Notes under the pieces: generated by a model
Seen by the model: the letters and a program-made list of their open reading frames with translations, nothing else
Told to the model about the DNA's origin: nothing
The model's database searches: none
From: Mobula hypostoma
Taxonomy: Eukaryota
Length of the DNA stretch: 64,000 nucleotides
Assembly (NCBI RefSeq): GCF_963921235.1
Contig: NC_086112.1
Coordinates: 14,384,001 to 14,448,000, forward strand
Direction: 5' to 3'
Shown here: positions 25,687 through 39,359 of the stretch, piece by piece
Position numbering within the stretch: the first letter of the stretch is position 1
Layout of the letters: the number at the start of each line of letters is the position of its first letter
Made by a program: the position numbers and the translations under genes

Positions 25687-26774
25687 CATAGAATCAGAGA
25701 AAAGTACAGCACAGAAACAGGTCCTTTAGCCTAGATTGTCTGTACCAAACCACTTAAACGGCTTATTCCCATTGCACTGCACCTGGACCATCGCCCTCCC
25801 GTCCATGTACCTATACAAACCTCATAAATTTTGAAATCGAGTTTGCAGGCACCACCTGTGCCAGCAGCTCGTGCCACACTCTCATGACCCTCTGAGTGAA
25901 GAAGTTTCCTTTCATGTTCCCCCAAACTTCTTCAGGGTTTAGTCCCAAAATTGTCCGGATGAGTGGGTATAGCCGCGAGGCAGCGGAAGTTTGAGATCAG
26001 AGATTTTCCTTCCAGTTGAGTTGCCAACCACAGCTGACGAGCCCCATCCGCCCAAAGCAAATGGTTTTAAGGCCCCAGTATCCCACCTTTGCTCCTTCTC
26101 TTTTCAGTAGAAGCTGTTCCACTGGGCTTAGTAGCTAAGCCACACATGAAGGCCAGGAGCTGGACTTGGTTGTCAGAGGCTATGTGAGACGCAGGTCATT
26201 CGGAGCATTTAATAGGTAGCAGGAGCCTATCTTGTATAATTATTGTAATATTCCAATGACCTTTCAAGTCAGATACAATTACTGTGTTTAAGAGACATTT
26301 AGACAGACACTTTTAAAAGAGCACTAGGATCCTGATGCAGGCCGTGAGCCAGTTTCTGTGCCATATGTCTCTGACTGAATAAATGCAAACTGCACTCCAA
26401 ATCCCTCCAATCTGAAGCCATTAAGCATACACAGAAAACAACCTTCAACAGAACTTTGTCATCAAAATCCTTCTGCGCTAATCACCTGCTTCTTTACATG
26501 TTTGGAAACCGTTTGCATCGGACAAGTGAATAACATTTGATGGGATCACTGTAGAATGCAAGGCCATGAGCAAGTTGATAAAATGGAGTCAAGATCTTTT
26601 AACCAAAATATAACCAGTGACAAATAATTCTTATTCACCTGGAACTTTATAGAAGTATGAACGCCCAAATCCTGTGATCCATTAACTTGTCTGACAATAT
26701 CAGTAATCCCAGAACAAGCCTGCCATATTTGATACTGGACCCAGGTAAAATATTATCAAGTTGCATAATGAGAT

Positions 26775-27050
26775 GGCATGGTGTCACAGTGGTTAACACA
26801 ACGCTTTATAGTTCCGGTGACCCAGGCTCAATTCCTGTAGCTGTCTGTAAACAGTTTGTACGTTCTCCCTGTGACCGCATGGGTTTCCTCCAGGTGCTCT
26901 GGTTTCCTCCCACAGTCCAAAGATGAACCATTTGTAGGTTAATTGGTCATTGTAAATCGTCCCAGGATAGGCTGGGGTTAAATCGTGAATTACTGGGCAG
27001 CGTGGCTGTAAGTCCAGAGGGGCCTGTTCTGTGTTGTATCTCAATAAATA
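26775..27050 (+). mobile_element. V-domain (HE1-like) SINE; further fragments near 21540-21655, 33890-34050, 38170-38285 and 58240-58400 on the minus strand
   Basis: tRNA-like head followed by the V-SINE core gtttgtacgttctccctgtgaccgcatgggtttcctccaggtgctctggtttcctcccacagtccaaaga. Confidence 0.75.
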
Positions 27051-27487
27051 GATCGATAATGTAAGCCCCTTTGACTAATGTAAAACTCACTGGACAAGTT
27101 AGCCAGGGCACATCACTCACCAGCAGCAGCGAGTCCTGCTGGGGGAAAGGCAACCTCAGCGAGTTCTTTTGGGGGAGGGCAATCTCAGTGACATTTGCAG
27201 GAAGGGAAAATATAATTTTCTGTCAGATTTCCAGCAACTGTGCTTTCCCTCACATTCAGTGACAGCCACACTGATTACCAGATGAAACTAAAGCTTTTTG
27301 ACAGATTACAGCATAGGGGGTACATAGCAGTATGGGGTGATTTAGCTATTACAGGATGGAAACAGGGCAGTTGGCCCAAGGAGTCTCTGCTAACCATGGT
27401 GCCCACCAAGATAGCCCCAATTTCCTGTATTTGGTCTACATCCCGCTAAGCTCCACCCCTCCATGTACCGACCTGTGCTTCTTAAAT

Positions 27488-28760
27488 AGAAAAGTACAGC
27501 ACAGAAACAGGCTCTTTGGCCCATCTGGTTCCTGCTGAACCATTTAAACTGCCTACTCCCATCGACCTGCACCAGGATCATAGCCCTCCATACCCCTATC
27601 ATCCATGTACCTATCCAAACTTCTCTTAAACTCACATGCATCACTTGTGCTGCCAGCTCGTTCAACACCCTCACAACCCTCTGAGTGAAGAAGTTTCCCC
27701 TCATGTTCCCCTTGAACTTCTCACCTTTCATACTTAACCCATGACCTCTAGTTGTAGTCCCACCCAATCTCAGTGGAAAAAGCCTGCCTGCACTTACTCT
27801 ATCTATACCCCTCATAATTTTTGTATACCTCTATCGAATCTCCTCTCAATCTTTTACGTTACCTATTCAATCTTTTCTTATAACTCAGGTTCGCCAAACC
27901 CAGCAACAATCTTGTAGTTTTTCTTTGTACTCTTTCAACCTTATTTACGTATTTTCTGTAGGTAGGTGACCAAAGCTGCACGATGTACTCTAAATTAGGC
28001 ATCACCAATGTCTTATGCAACTTCTTTGCTTTATGAAGGCCAATGTGGCATAAGTTTTCTTTATGACCCTATCTACCTGTAACACCATTTTCAACAAACT
28101 ATAGTCCTGTATTCCCAGATCCCTTTGTTCTACCACACTCCTCAGTGTCTGACCATTCACCGTGTAAGACCTACCCTGGTTGGTCCTACTGAAGTGCTAA
28201 CCCTCACACTGTCTGCATTAAATTCCATCTGTCATGTTTCAGCCCATTTTCCAGGCTGGTCCAGATCCCACTGCAATCCATGATGGTCTTCCTCGCTGTC
28301 CACTACACCCCTAGTCTTGGTGTCATCCACAAATTTGCTGATCCATTTTACCACATAATCATCCAAGTCATTGATATAGATGACAAATAACAGTGGACCC
28401 AGCACCAGTCCCTGCAGCACTCCACTCATCACAGGCCTCCAATCAGAGAGACAACCATCTACTACCACTCTCTGGCCTCTCCCACGAAGCCAATGTCTAA
28501 TCCAACTTGCCACCTCGTCTTGAATGCTGAGTGACTGAACCTTCTTGACCAACTTCCCATACAGGACCTTATCAAAATCCATGTAAATAACATCCACTGC
28601 CTTGCCTTCATCAACTTTCCTGATAATTTCCTCAAAAGACCCTGCAAGATTGGTTAGACATGACCTACCATGCATGAAGCCAGCTGACTATCCTTAATCA
28701 GTCCATGTCTATCTAAATGCTTATATATCTGGTCCCTCAGAATACCTACTGATAACTATT
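27488..28760 (-). mobile_element. CR1 LINE RT and 3' fragment
   Basis: GVLQGLVLGPLLFVIYINDLD...KFVDD; NFFTQRVVRV. Confidence 0.9.
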
Positions 28761-29329
28761 GGAATACTATTGTACTCAACCGCTTCCTCTGGCAGCTGGT
28801 TCCATATGGTCACCACTCTCTCCTAAGGTCCCTTTTAAATCTTTCCCCTCTCACCCTAAACCTATGCTTCCTAGTGCTGGTTTCCCCCACTCTGGGGAAA
28901 AGACTGTCACCTCTCATAAATGTAAATATTTCTATAAGCTCGCTCCTCATTCTCGTACATTCCATGGAATAAAGACCTAACCTGGCCAACCTCTCTCTAT
29001 AACTCAGACCCCGCCCCCCGAGTCCTGGCGACACGGTTGTACATCTTTCCTGCACCTGTTCCTCACCCTGAATGGGGTAATTGATCAAAAATGCATTGAA
29101 GTGGGCAAACAACTTGGTCTTCCAGTGAACTTGGTACGGTCAGAGCGAGTTAGTAAGTAACTAACTAAATGTATGGTTAGTTATAAATATACAAGTACAT
29201 TCATATATAATTAATTTACAATAAACAATTATTTATATTTGTTTTAACAAGTACAAAACTGTGTGTGTATAACTTCCACAAACATACATAAATACAACTC
29301 TATCAGTAAGTCGGTCTTCTTCAGTTACT

Positions 29330-30060
29330 GGAGGCCTCGCGGAGCCGCAACCCAGACACCCCCGCACGTCCGCCGGCCTGAACTGCTGTCCCCGTTCCGC
29401 CCCACCGGCCCAGGGCTCCCGCCTCCGACCGACCACTCCACCTGTTACCCTCCCAGCCTCATCCGTCCCACGCCGTCAGACCTGTCCACCTCTGCTCCGC
29501 ACCGCCGCACTTGCCCAGGGCTCCCGTACCGTGCCCCCGCCGCCGACCACCCCACCTGTTACCCTGCCAGCTTCATCCGTCCCACGCCATCACACCTGTC
29601 CACCTCTGCTCCGCACCGCCGCACTTGCCCAGGGCTCCCGTACCGTGCCCCCGCCGCCGACCACCCCACCTGTTCCTCACCTGCCCAGGGCTCCCGCAAT
29701 GTCCACCTCACCTGTTTCCCAACCCAGCCTCACCTGCCCAGGGCTCCCGCAATGTCCACCTCACCTGTTTCCCAACCCAGCCTCACCTGCCGGCCTGTTC
29801 GACAGCCGAGCGTGATGCAGGGAAGTTCCTCGGTGCCGAGAACTTTTCAGGCTGAGAGACGGAGCAAGGGGACAGACCCTGAAGCGACTGGACGGTGTCA
29901 GGGTCCGGAGGAAACCGCCTCCACCTCACCACAGCCACTTTCACCCGACCCTTACCTACTCGGAGCGGCGAAACTCCGGAATCTGACCGCAAACCCCGAT
30001 CACACGGAACACCCGCCCTTCCCTGATGTCACATCCACGGCAGCTCCTTACGTACACATT
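29330..30060 (-). promoter_or_regulatory. CpG island; probable CCDC125 promoter and non-coding first exon ending at a donor after 29956
   Basis: Sharply GC/CpG-rich compared with the flanks. Strong minus-strand donor GAGTAG|gtaagg, with a GC-box-like cccgccc and a CRE-like tgatgtca just upstream on that strand. Lies 5' of the CCDC125 coding exons; the assignment to CCDC125 is an inference. Confidence 0.55.
29432..29790. repeat. Local tandem duplications (about 114 bp x2 and about 54 bp x2) inside the CpG island
   Basis: Repeated ccacctgttaccct...gccgacca blocks and repeated ctcacctgcccagggctcccgcaatgtccacc blocks. Confidence 0.85.
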
Positions 30061-30129
30061 GTTCCCACACACACCTCTTCCCGTCTACAGCTGTCACCAC
30101 AGTCCTACACAGGCCACTTCCCACAGCTA

Positions 30130-30830
30130 GCTGTTCCTACACTCAGTGTTCCTGTCCACAGCTCTTCCCATCTACAGTTCTTCCCACAGCCCTTCCTACA
30201 GTGTTACTGTCTACAGCCCTTCCTACAGTGTTCCTGTCGACAACTCTTCCTACAGTGTTCCTGTCGACAACTCTTCCTACAGTGTTCCTGTCTACAGCCC
30301 GTCCTACGGTGTTACTGCCCACAGCCCTTCCTACAGTGTTACTGTCTACAGCCCTTCCTACAGTGTTCCTGTCGACAACTCTTCCTACAGTGTTCCTGTC
30401 TACAGCCCTTCCTACGGTGTTACTGTCCACAGCCCTTCCTACGGTGTTACTGTCTACAGCTCTTCCTACAGTGTTCCTGTCAACAACTCTTCCTACAGTG
30501 TTCCTGTCTACAGCCCTTCCTACAGTGTTCCTGTCTACAGCCCTTCCTACGGTGTTACTGTCCACAGCCCTTCCTACGGTGTTACTGTCTACAGCTCTTC
30601 CTACAGTGTTCCTGTTGACAACTCTTCCTACAGTGTTCCTGTCGACAACTCTTCCTACAGTGTTCCTGTCTACAGCCCTTCCTACAGTGTTCCTGTCCGC
30701 AGCCCTTCCTACAATGTTCCTGTCTACAGCTCTTCCTACAGTGTTCCTGTCTATAGCTCTTCCTACAGTGTTCCTGTCTACAGCTCTTTCCCATCTGCAG
30801 CTCTTTCTGTCTACAGCTCTCCTCACACAC
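30130..30830. repeat. 27-bp minisatellite (CTTCCTACAGTGTTCCTGTCTACAGC[C/T]), about 25 copies with degenerate flanks
   Basis: Direct reading; produces 9-aa repeat ORFs in multiple frames. Confidence 0.97.
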
Positions 30831-31135
30831 TATTCCTACACACGGTCTCTCTGTCTACATCTCTTCCAATATCCAGCTCTTTCCACATCCAGCTGTTCCT
30901 GCCTACAGCTACACTGCATTGTTTTTGGTCTCATTAGCAACTTTTTGGTCACTTAGTCCTTTCTGTCTTGCACTTCAATCAGAAAGTTATGCTTTCATGA
31001 ATTCACTGTTCCCCATGATAGAAAGTAACAACTGAAATAAATATTTTAAAAATATATATTGGCAGTAAGTGGGTACTTGTATGTTCCAAGCCTCTGCACT
31101 TGTACCAACTTTGTATGACATTTACATCAACCTTG

Positions 31136-31628
31136 TGTCAGTACCTCCAGTTGAACTTTGTCTTTTTGTGTGTTTCCCCTAGCTGTCAGTCTGTGGTTTT
31201 GTATTGCCATGTGCTCCTGTCCCCACTCCTGCTCTACTCCGGCCCCTGTATTACTGAGTACTCTGTCTCTCATCAGTTTCCCATTATTACCTGTATTGCT
31301 GCCACTTGTGTCTCATTGTGCTCCACCTATCATCTGCCTCTCTGTTTATTGCTCAGTGTATTTCTGTCCTGTGTTTTCACCTGTTTGTTGCTAGATTGTG
31401 CCAGTGAATTTTCCTGAGCCTTTCCAGCATTTGTATCTGTACTCTATCTGTCTGAATATTGACTCTGCCTGTTTCCCAATTCTGGTTTTTGGATTTCTCT
31501 GTATATTTTGATCTCTGCTGGAACTTTGATGTTGACTTTGTTTGCACCTTGGGACTTGTTACTCAATTAATATCACTGTGTGCACAGTACTGGGTCTGCG
31601 ATTGGATCCCTGCTCCAGTGTCCTGACG
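31136..31628 (+). mobile_element. Solo LTR, 493 bp, 5-bp TSD
   Basis: TGTCAGTAC...GTCCTGACG inverted termini; TSD CCTTG at 31131-31135 and 31629-31633. Confidence 0.8.
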
Positions 31629-34600
31629 CCTTGTTGGAGTGGGTCTCTGGAGTGACATTCAAGTTCACTGACAGTGGTACATTGGGGTAAGGCAAACTGC
31701 TGGAAAAAATTCTGAAATTTAAAACTCAATCAAAATATACATCAATTAATTCATTTTTAATCCTAATGTTTTAGTTATATTTCTAAATTATCAGATGTCT
31801 TTAAGGAAAGAAAATCTGCCATCTTTATCTAGTCTGATTTACTTGTGACTCCAGGCTCACTGATGTGGTTGACGCTTAACTGCCCACTGAAATATGTAAC
31901 TTACTCCTAAACATCATCACAATGTTACCCAGTTTTAACTTCTTGACTGGGTATGCAAAATCAGGCATAATGCAAAACACAAGATGAATTAAAAAGGAGT
32001 CAGATGTGTTATAGTCTAGTTAATTTGTTTATTAAAGAGGTTACAATGTACAAAGTTTTACAAAGGCACTTGTACCTCTAGCTTCTGATACATTTCAACT
32101 TTCGATACTCAAATATGTTTTTACTTATAGGGAGCACAGATTTATTTAATATACAGCTCCCCCGAATGGAGAGCTGTGTGATAAGCTGCATAGGTTGAAC
32201 AAGTTTTAATGTACTTACTAAGCTTTGGTTGATGCAACATTACTGCAGTTACCCTTGCCAAGGACTGCAACAATATCCACAGCATGCCAGGTGCTACTGA
32301 CTACTGAACTAACTCCAGCTGTTTCTGAAAAACAGCCATAAAATATCAGTGGCAAACAGCACAGCAGCAACAGCCAGGGCTGAGGGTCTCAGAGAACCCA
32401 CCTCATCTCAAAGAACGCTCATTCACATGCAACCTGGTGATCCCTATCCAATGTGAGTCAGAGAGTTGACAGTACCAGGACTGGTCTGAAATCTACACTA
32501 ACAAAGTAGATTACAGGCATAGGACGATTGGACAGGCATAGACTTTTTCCCCAGGGCAGAAATAGCTAGTATGAAGGGGCATAATTTTAAGGTGAATGGG
32601 ACAAAAATATAGGGGGGAATGTCAGAGGTAAGTTCTTTACACAGAGTGATGGGCGCTGGAATGCACTGCCGGCAGTGGTGGCAGGGGCAGATACTGAACA
32701 TTTCAGAGACTCTTGGATGCTAGAAAAATGCAGGGCAATGTAAGAAGGGAGGGTTAGATTGATGTTAGAGTAGGTTATACGGGCGGCACAACATCGCAGG
32801 CTGAAGGGCCTGTAATGGGCTGTAATATTCTCTGTTCTACAAGTCAGTGATAATAAATGTGGTTCAGGTTTTTTTTTTTAACTTATCCCATTCCCAAGCC
32901 CTTTCACTTCACACCATTATCTCTTTTGACATTTGAGCTCCCTACAACAGTCCTCTCCCTTCATCCCTTCCTCTCCTCACTTTCCCCGCAATTTAGACAA
33001 TGAGGCTTTGATATTTTTCCAGTTCGAATGAACCTAATAGACCTGGAAGTTAACACTCTTATTTTTATATATATATATATAAAACAGTTATATATATTCT
33101 TGTATTTAAAAACAAAATCCTAATCCTTTCAGCTCAGGGTAACAACCTTGACTGGTAAAACAAAATTGATATCGAAATAGTAATGAAGAGTCCTTCTATA
33201 TCTGTGTGTGACTGTATGGACAGACAGAGATGGAGGTAGGTGCATGGATCTTAGAAAAATAGAGGGCTATGGGTAACCCTAGGTAATTTCTAAAGTAAGG
33301 ACATGTTCGGCATAGCTTTGTGGGCCTGAAGGGCCTGTATTGTGCTGTAGGTTTTCTATGTTTCTAATTGTGTGCATACGGATTGTATCACCTCGCACAA
33401 GTACTTCACTATGAGAGGATCAGAATGGAACAGATTAAAGAAATAACTTGCTGCCCATTACACCGCTGGTGTTTAGGGCAGCAATGGAAGAGCTCCTTCT
33501 CTGTTTCGATATCAGTTTTGTTTTACCAGTCAGGGTTGTTAGCCCTGAACTAAAACTCCAAACCTGAAGGACTGGTGGACCACTCTTACTCTGGCCTTTA
33601 CCCTTTGACCAGTTTGCCATGGCTGACCCTACCAAGAGCTAAAGCATAGAGCCCTGGCTCCAGCCAACATAGCTCTCCGGGTCACTGAGGCATGCCAGCC
33701 GCCAAGCCCTACGAAAAAGTCATATTATTTCTTTATATGACTAAAGAAATAAAGATTACCTATATTTTTTACATGTACATTGAAGCAAACAGAGAAATGT
33801 GTAGCTTGTGTCAAATCACGAGCACTGCGCTGGGCAGCCCCTGCCCCCCGTGTTGCTATGCTTCTGGTGTCAACATAGTATGCTTTCAACTTACAAACCC
33901 TAACTTGTACATCTTTACTATGTGGGAGGAAACCCAGGCAGTCACCAGGAGAGTGTACAAGTTCCTTACAGACAGCAACTGGAATCGAACCCCAATCTTA
34001 CAGCTGGCACACTGTAAATTGTTGAGTTAACCATATTGCTTCTCTGCTACCCCAATAGCTCTAATTGTTTGAACTGGGGAAACTCCAACAGCACTCAAGA
34101 GCTGGGCACTATCCAGAATAAATCAGCCCACTTTCTCCCCTAGTGTACTTCTGCCATCTAAAGAATATATTTGGAATCACTTAATGCTGATACTTCAACA
34201 GCATCGCACAAACTTGCACTGCCTACCACCAACCTGTACATTCTAAGAAACACCCATCATTCTGTCTGCAATATCTCTGTTCCTTCACTGTTGTTGGATT
34301 CCCCTCATGGAATTCCCTATTCGTAAGAGCAGCTGTTTTCCAAGAAGGCTCCAGGACATTTAGGGATTGCTGGCTTTGCCTGTGTTGTCACTCCCAAAAA
34401 TATATGTCCACTGGCTTAATCATTACGCTGGAAGGAGAGGTCCATGTGACCCAGTCCTCTAATGTGTTGATTACAGCAGGAAGTGAGTGAAGACCATGAT
34501 CTAGGTAGAAATTCAAATTTGTAATGCTTTGATCTCTATTTCTTCCAACACATTTTATGGCTGAGTATGATGTCTGATGTAGGGAGACAATAAATTGTAG

Positions 34601-34895
34601 GAGGAAGCAGGGGAAGAGATCAGAGGTGACAGAGGAAGGTCAAATTTCACTATCTGATGGTTGAAATCGGTACGTTAAATCTTTAAATTGTCAAGAAAGA
34701 ATTAGATTCAGTTTATCATGATGATTCCAATTCCTGATTGAAACTGTTTACACTGCTTTTTCCTAGTTGGAAGTATTTATGGCTGTAAATTGAAAAAAAA
34801 ACACACAAGCTGAAGTGCCACCTCTACTTCAAGTTTGTGAAAATTCAACTTAAACTTTGACAAACTTCTATAGATGTGCGGTGGCGAGTATACGA

Positions 34896-36408
34896 ACCTA
34901 TAATGTGATCAGATCTTCATCCAAGTCCTAAACCCAATTAAATAAATAACACAAAAACATTACACTTGTTCATTTATTTATTGAGAAAAATGATCCAATA
35001 TTACATGTATTTGTTGGAAAAAGTATGTGAACATTTGCTTTCAGTAACTGGTGTAACCCCCTTGTACAGCAATAACTTCAAACTTTTCTGGTAACTGTTG
35101 ATCAATCCTGCACAGCAGCTTGGAGGAATTTTAGGCCATTCCTCTTTACAAATCTGCTTTAACTCTAGGATGTTGGTGAGCTTCCTTGCATGAACTACTT
35201 CCTTCAGGTCCTTCCACAACATTTCTACAGGATTAAGGTCAGGACATTGACTTGGCAATTCCAAAAGATGAAGTTACTTTTTTTAAAAGACCATTCTGTT
35301 GTTGATTTACCCTCGTCTTTCAGATCATTGTCTTGTTGCAGTATCCAACTTCTATTAAGCTTCAGGTGATGGACTGTTTGCCTGACATTCTCCTGTAAAA
35401 TGTCTTGATAAAATTTTGAATTCATCATTCCCTCAACGATTGCAAACTGTCCAGGCCCTGAGGCAGCCAATCAGCCCCAAACCATGATGCTCCTTCCACC
35501 GTGCTTCACAGTTGGGTTGAGGTTTTGGTGTCGGTGTGCAATGCCCTTTTTCCTCCTAACAGCAGTGTGTCTTTCTGCCAAAAAGTCCACAGAACATTGT
35601 CTCAAAGGCATTGTGGAACATCCAGGTGGTCTTTTACAGACTTGCAGCAATTTTTTTTTTTTTTTTTTGGAGAGCAGTTGTTTCCTTCGTGGTGTACTTC
35701 CATGAACATCATTCTTGTTCAATGTTTTTTCTTATAGCAGACACATGAACAGAAACTTTAGCAACTTTAGAGATTTCTGCAGGTCTTTTGCTGTTACCCT
35801 TTGGTTCTTTTTCACCTCCTTCAGCACTGCATGCTGTGCCTCGGTGTGATCTTTGCAGGTTGCCCTCTCCGGGGGAGAGTAGCAACAGTATTGAGTCTCC
35901 TCCATTTGTAGACAATTTCTCTGACTGCAGACTGACGAACACTCAGGTCTTTAGAAATGCTTTTGTAGCCTTTTCCAGCTTGATGCATCTCTACAATTCT
36001 TCTTCTAAGCTTCTCTGAAAGCTGTTTTGATTGAGGCACGATGCAGATAAACAGATTTATATTGAGAAGAGCAGGCTCTGTCAGTAACCTGACTTTGTGT
36101 GTCTTTTTCGTAGGGCAGGCACCTCTACAACACACACCTCCAATCTCATCTCATTGATTGCAACAACTGACTCCAAATAGCTTTTGTAGTAGGCATTACC
36201 CCAGAGGTTCACATACTTTTTCCAACAAATATATGTAATATCAGATCAATTTTCTCGATAAATCAACATGTACAATGTTGTTGTGATATTTATCTAATTG
36301 GGTTCTCTATCTAGTTTTAGGACTTGCATGAAGATCTGATCACACCTTAGGTCATATTTATGTAGAAATAGAGAAAATTCTACAGGGTTCACAAACTTTC
36401 TAGCACTG
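34896..36408 (-). mobile_element. Tc1-family transposon with long TIRs and frameshifted transposase
   Basis: SKQLSEKLRRRIVEMHQAGKGYKSISK (HTH), TVKHGGRSIMVWG, LQQDND and PDLNPVEMLW motifs; about 200-bp inverted repeats; right end CACTG-TA; left TIR lacks its outer tip. Confidence 0.93.
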
Positions 36409-37722
36409 TAAATAGTAGTGCTCGAAGAAACATCATAATGTGTTGTGCCACCAAAGAGACACCTATTTTATTTATAACGAAATAACATTATTGCACTTTA
36501 GAGGTCAAATTACAAAATATGATAAGTACTATATGTTTTGCATTATAATTTTAACTTTCGTTTCCATGGCTTAAATATCTTCCACTCTAAAGTATTGAAT
36601 TTGTATGAATAGTTACATTTTTACATTGATAGAATGGCTCTATTAAGAAATTTTGAATTCAGTAACAAAAATAACAATACTTTCTCCACCCAGGTGTATC
36701 TCAAAAATAAACACATTTAAATAAAAGGCATTTACACCAGTGCAAAGCTCCCTTAGGACTGCTCTGGAATATCTACTTCTGTTCATTGTTCATTGTTCAT
36801 TGATCCTGTTTACAGGTACTGTTCTATAGATTTGCTAAGTATGCGTGCAGGAAAAAGAATCTCAGGGTATGTGGTGATATGTACGTACCCCTGATAATAG
36901 ATTCTACTTTGAACTTTGATGACTTTAACTCACAACCTTCTGACTCAGAAATGACCGTGCAGTCCAATGAACAGTTAGTTCATTGGCAAGTTCCTCATCA
37001 CAAGCAATCCTGCAACTTCAGCACACGGCTTGGCAGTCCATATCTTTGTTTTTGCATGTTTACCCTAACTATATAAGGGACATGCCTGTCCTAGCACGGA
37101 AAGTCACCTCTGGCAGACTGGGTGGATGAGATCTACAGTGAGAGTGGAAGGCAGTTCTTCAACACTTCATACAGAGAAAGGGCATGACAAGACATAGAAG
37201 AAGTCACTGCAACCAAAGAAGACCGCAGTTGTGACAACGACTTGTACAACTGGGCCCAGACTTCCAAAGTCAAAACAGCGTAACTACCAAAGCACAATGG
37301 CTTTTCCACTTTAAAAACTCTCCTGCACAGGCTTGTTTGTGCAATTCAAATCATCTAACAGAAGAAATGCACAAATCTGTCATCGTCGCATACAACGGAC
37401 AACCAAATCAATCACCCAAACTATTTAGTTCCTACAGAACTGACAGCAAATGCAACCTGTAAATGAAAAGCAATGATATTTCTTCAATTAGCTTTAACAA
37501 TATTGATTTATACATCTTGGTTTAATAGCAAAATTTCTGCATTGATCATTATACAATTCTGTTCGTAAATACACAAGTAAATATCTATACAGTCTAAATG
37601 TTCTTTGTGTTTTCCACTGTGTAAAATACCAGTACTCTTTCACAATGATACATACAGCCCAATGAAAACCAGCTGTCTCAGTATACTAGTTTCTTTTTAA
37701 GCCAGCAATCAATCTTCTAAGC

Positions 37723-37801
37723 CAGGGGTTACCAACCTATTTTATGCCATGGACCAATACCATTAGCAAAGGGTCTATGGACCCCAGGTTGGGAACCCCT
37801 G
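37723..37801. mobile_element. 79-bp hAT MITE in the AK6 3' UTR
   Basis: CAGGGGTTACCAACCT...AGGTTGGGAACCCCTG; imperfect TSD TTCTAAGC/GTCTAAAC. Confidence 0.85.
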
Positions 37802-37835
37802 GTCTAAACCTAAAACTGTCCTTAATTGCTAGCAT

Positions 37836-38054
<219 letters not shown>

Positions 38055-38914
38055 TTATTATAATAAGGGAGCCTTTTTGATCAAAGAAATTTGGTTTGTT
38101 ACAGAATATCTTGTAAGTAAGATGAGCAAAGCAAACACTAACACATTTAATACTAATACTCTTAGAGCACTGGTCACGGGGAGAACATACAAACCCCTTA
38201 GGACAGCAGTGAGAATTGAACCCCGACCGGTGATCACTGGCACTGTAAAACATTGTGCTAACTGCTACTCTACCACGCTACCCTGTTTTTCTTTTTTTTG
38301 CTAACAGCAATCGAACCGTGATCAATAATCACTGGTATTGTAAAACGTTACACTAACCATTATGCTACTCTGCTGCTTGCTTTTAAAAATAAAGAATTCT
38401 CTTTAATGCAGACGAAGTAAAACTAATGTTAACTTCAGAAGGGGCTTCACTGGCAGGGATCTAGCAAAAGAATCAGAATCAGGTTTAATATCATGGCATA
38501 TGTCATGAAATTTGTTAGAAAAGGGAAACATGAAATTGGATACCTTTTTCTAATTAATTCACACAAGGCTGCTGCTGTCCCATGCATTGAACTAGTCTAC
38601 TGACAGTTACTGTTAAAGTTCTGACATAAACAGCGGACTTCTGGACAAAGTATAAGGGAAAAAAAAACACTGCCCTGGAAACTATATTCATTGCTGAGAT
38701 CATAAAATGCAGGAGTAGAACTAGGCCATTTGGCCCGCTGAGCCATTTCCCTCTGCCCCAATCCTCTGCCTTCTCCCTGAAACCCTTATAGCACCTTTCT
38801 CTGCAATCTGCAATTTCCCAAAGATCAGTTCAATTAATGAGTAACTAGGGTGATTTTTTTTTTAGGGGAAAACGGTACATGTACAATAAACTACTTTGAA
38901 AACACTGCAAGTTA

Positions 38915-39094
<180 letters not shown>

Positions 39095-39359
39095 TTAGTC
39101 AAAGTCAAAATATTATCAATCTTTAATTCGTTATCATATACTAACGAGATTCATTTTCTTGCAGATATTTACAGAAAATAAGGAAATACGGAATTTATGA
39201 AAAAAATCTATATTTAAACAAAAACTTACAGATAACCAATGTGCAAAAGACAAATTGCGCAAATAAAATAATACTATTAATACCAAGAACAAGTTGTAAA
39301 GAGTCATTGAAAGTGAAACTATAAGTTGCAGAATGTGGTGATTGAAGTTATTCGCACCA

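Noticed and set aside
26775-26845. tRNA gene
   Set aside because: Degenerate tRNA-like head continuing directly into a SINE core; no proper cloverleaf.
30130-30830. CRISPR-like array
   Set aside because: Units are contiguous with no unique spacers, there are no cas genes, and the context is vertebrate.
29263-30956. Long ORFs (451, 263, 251 and 227 aa) with Cys/Ser/Pro-rich repeats
   Set aside because: Open frames on both strands arise from a GC-rich island plus a stop-free 27-bp minisatellite; no recognisable domain.
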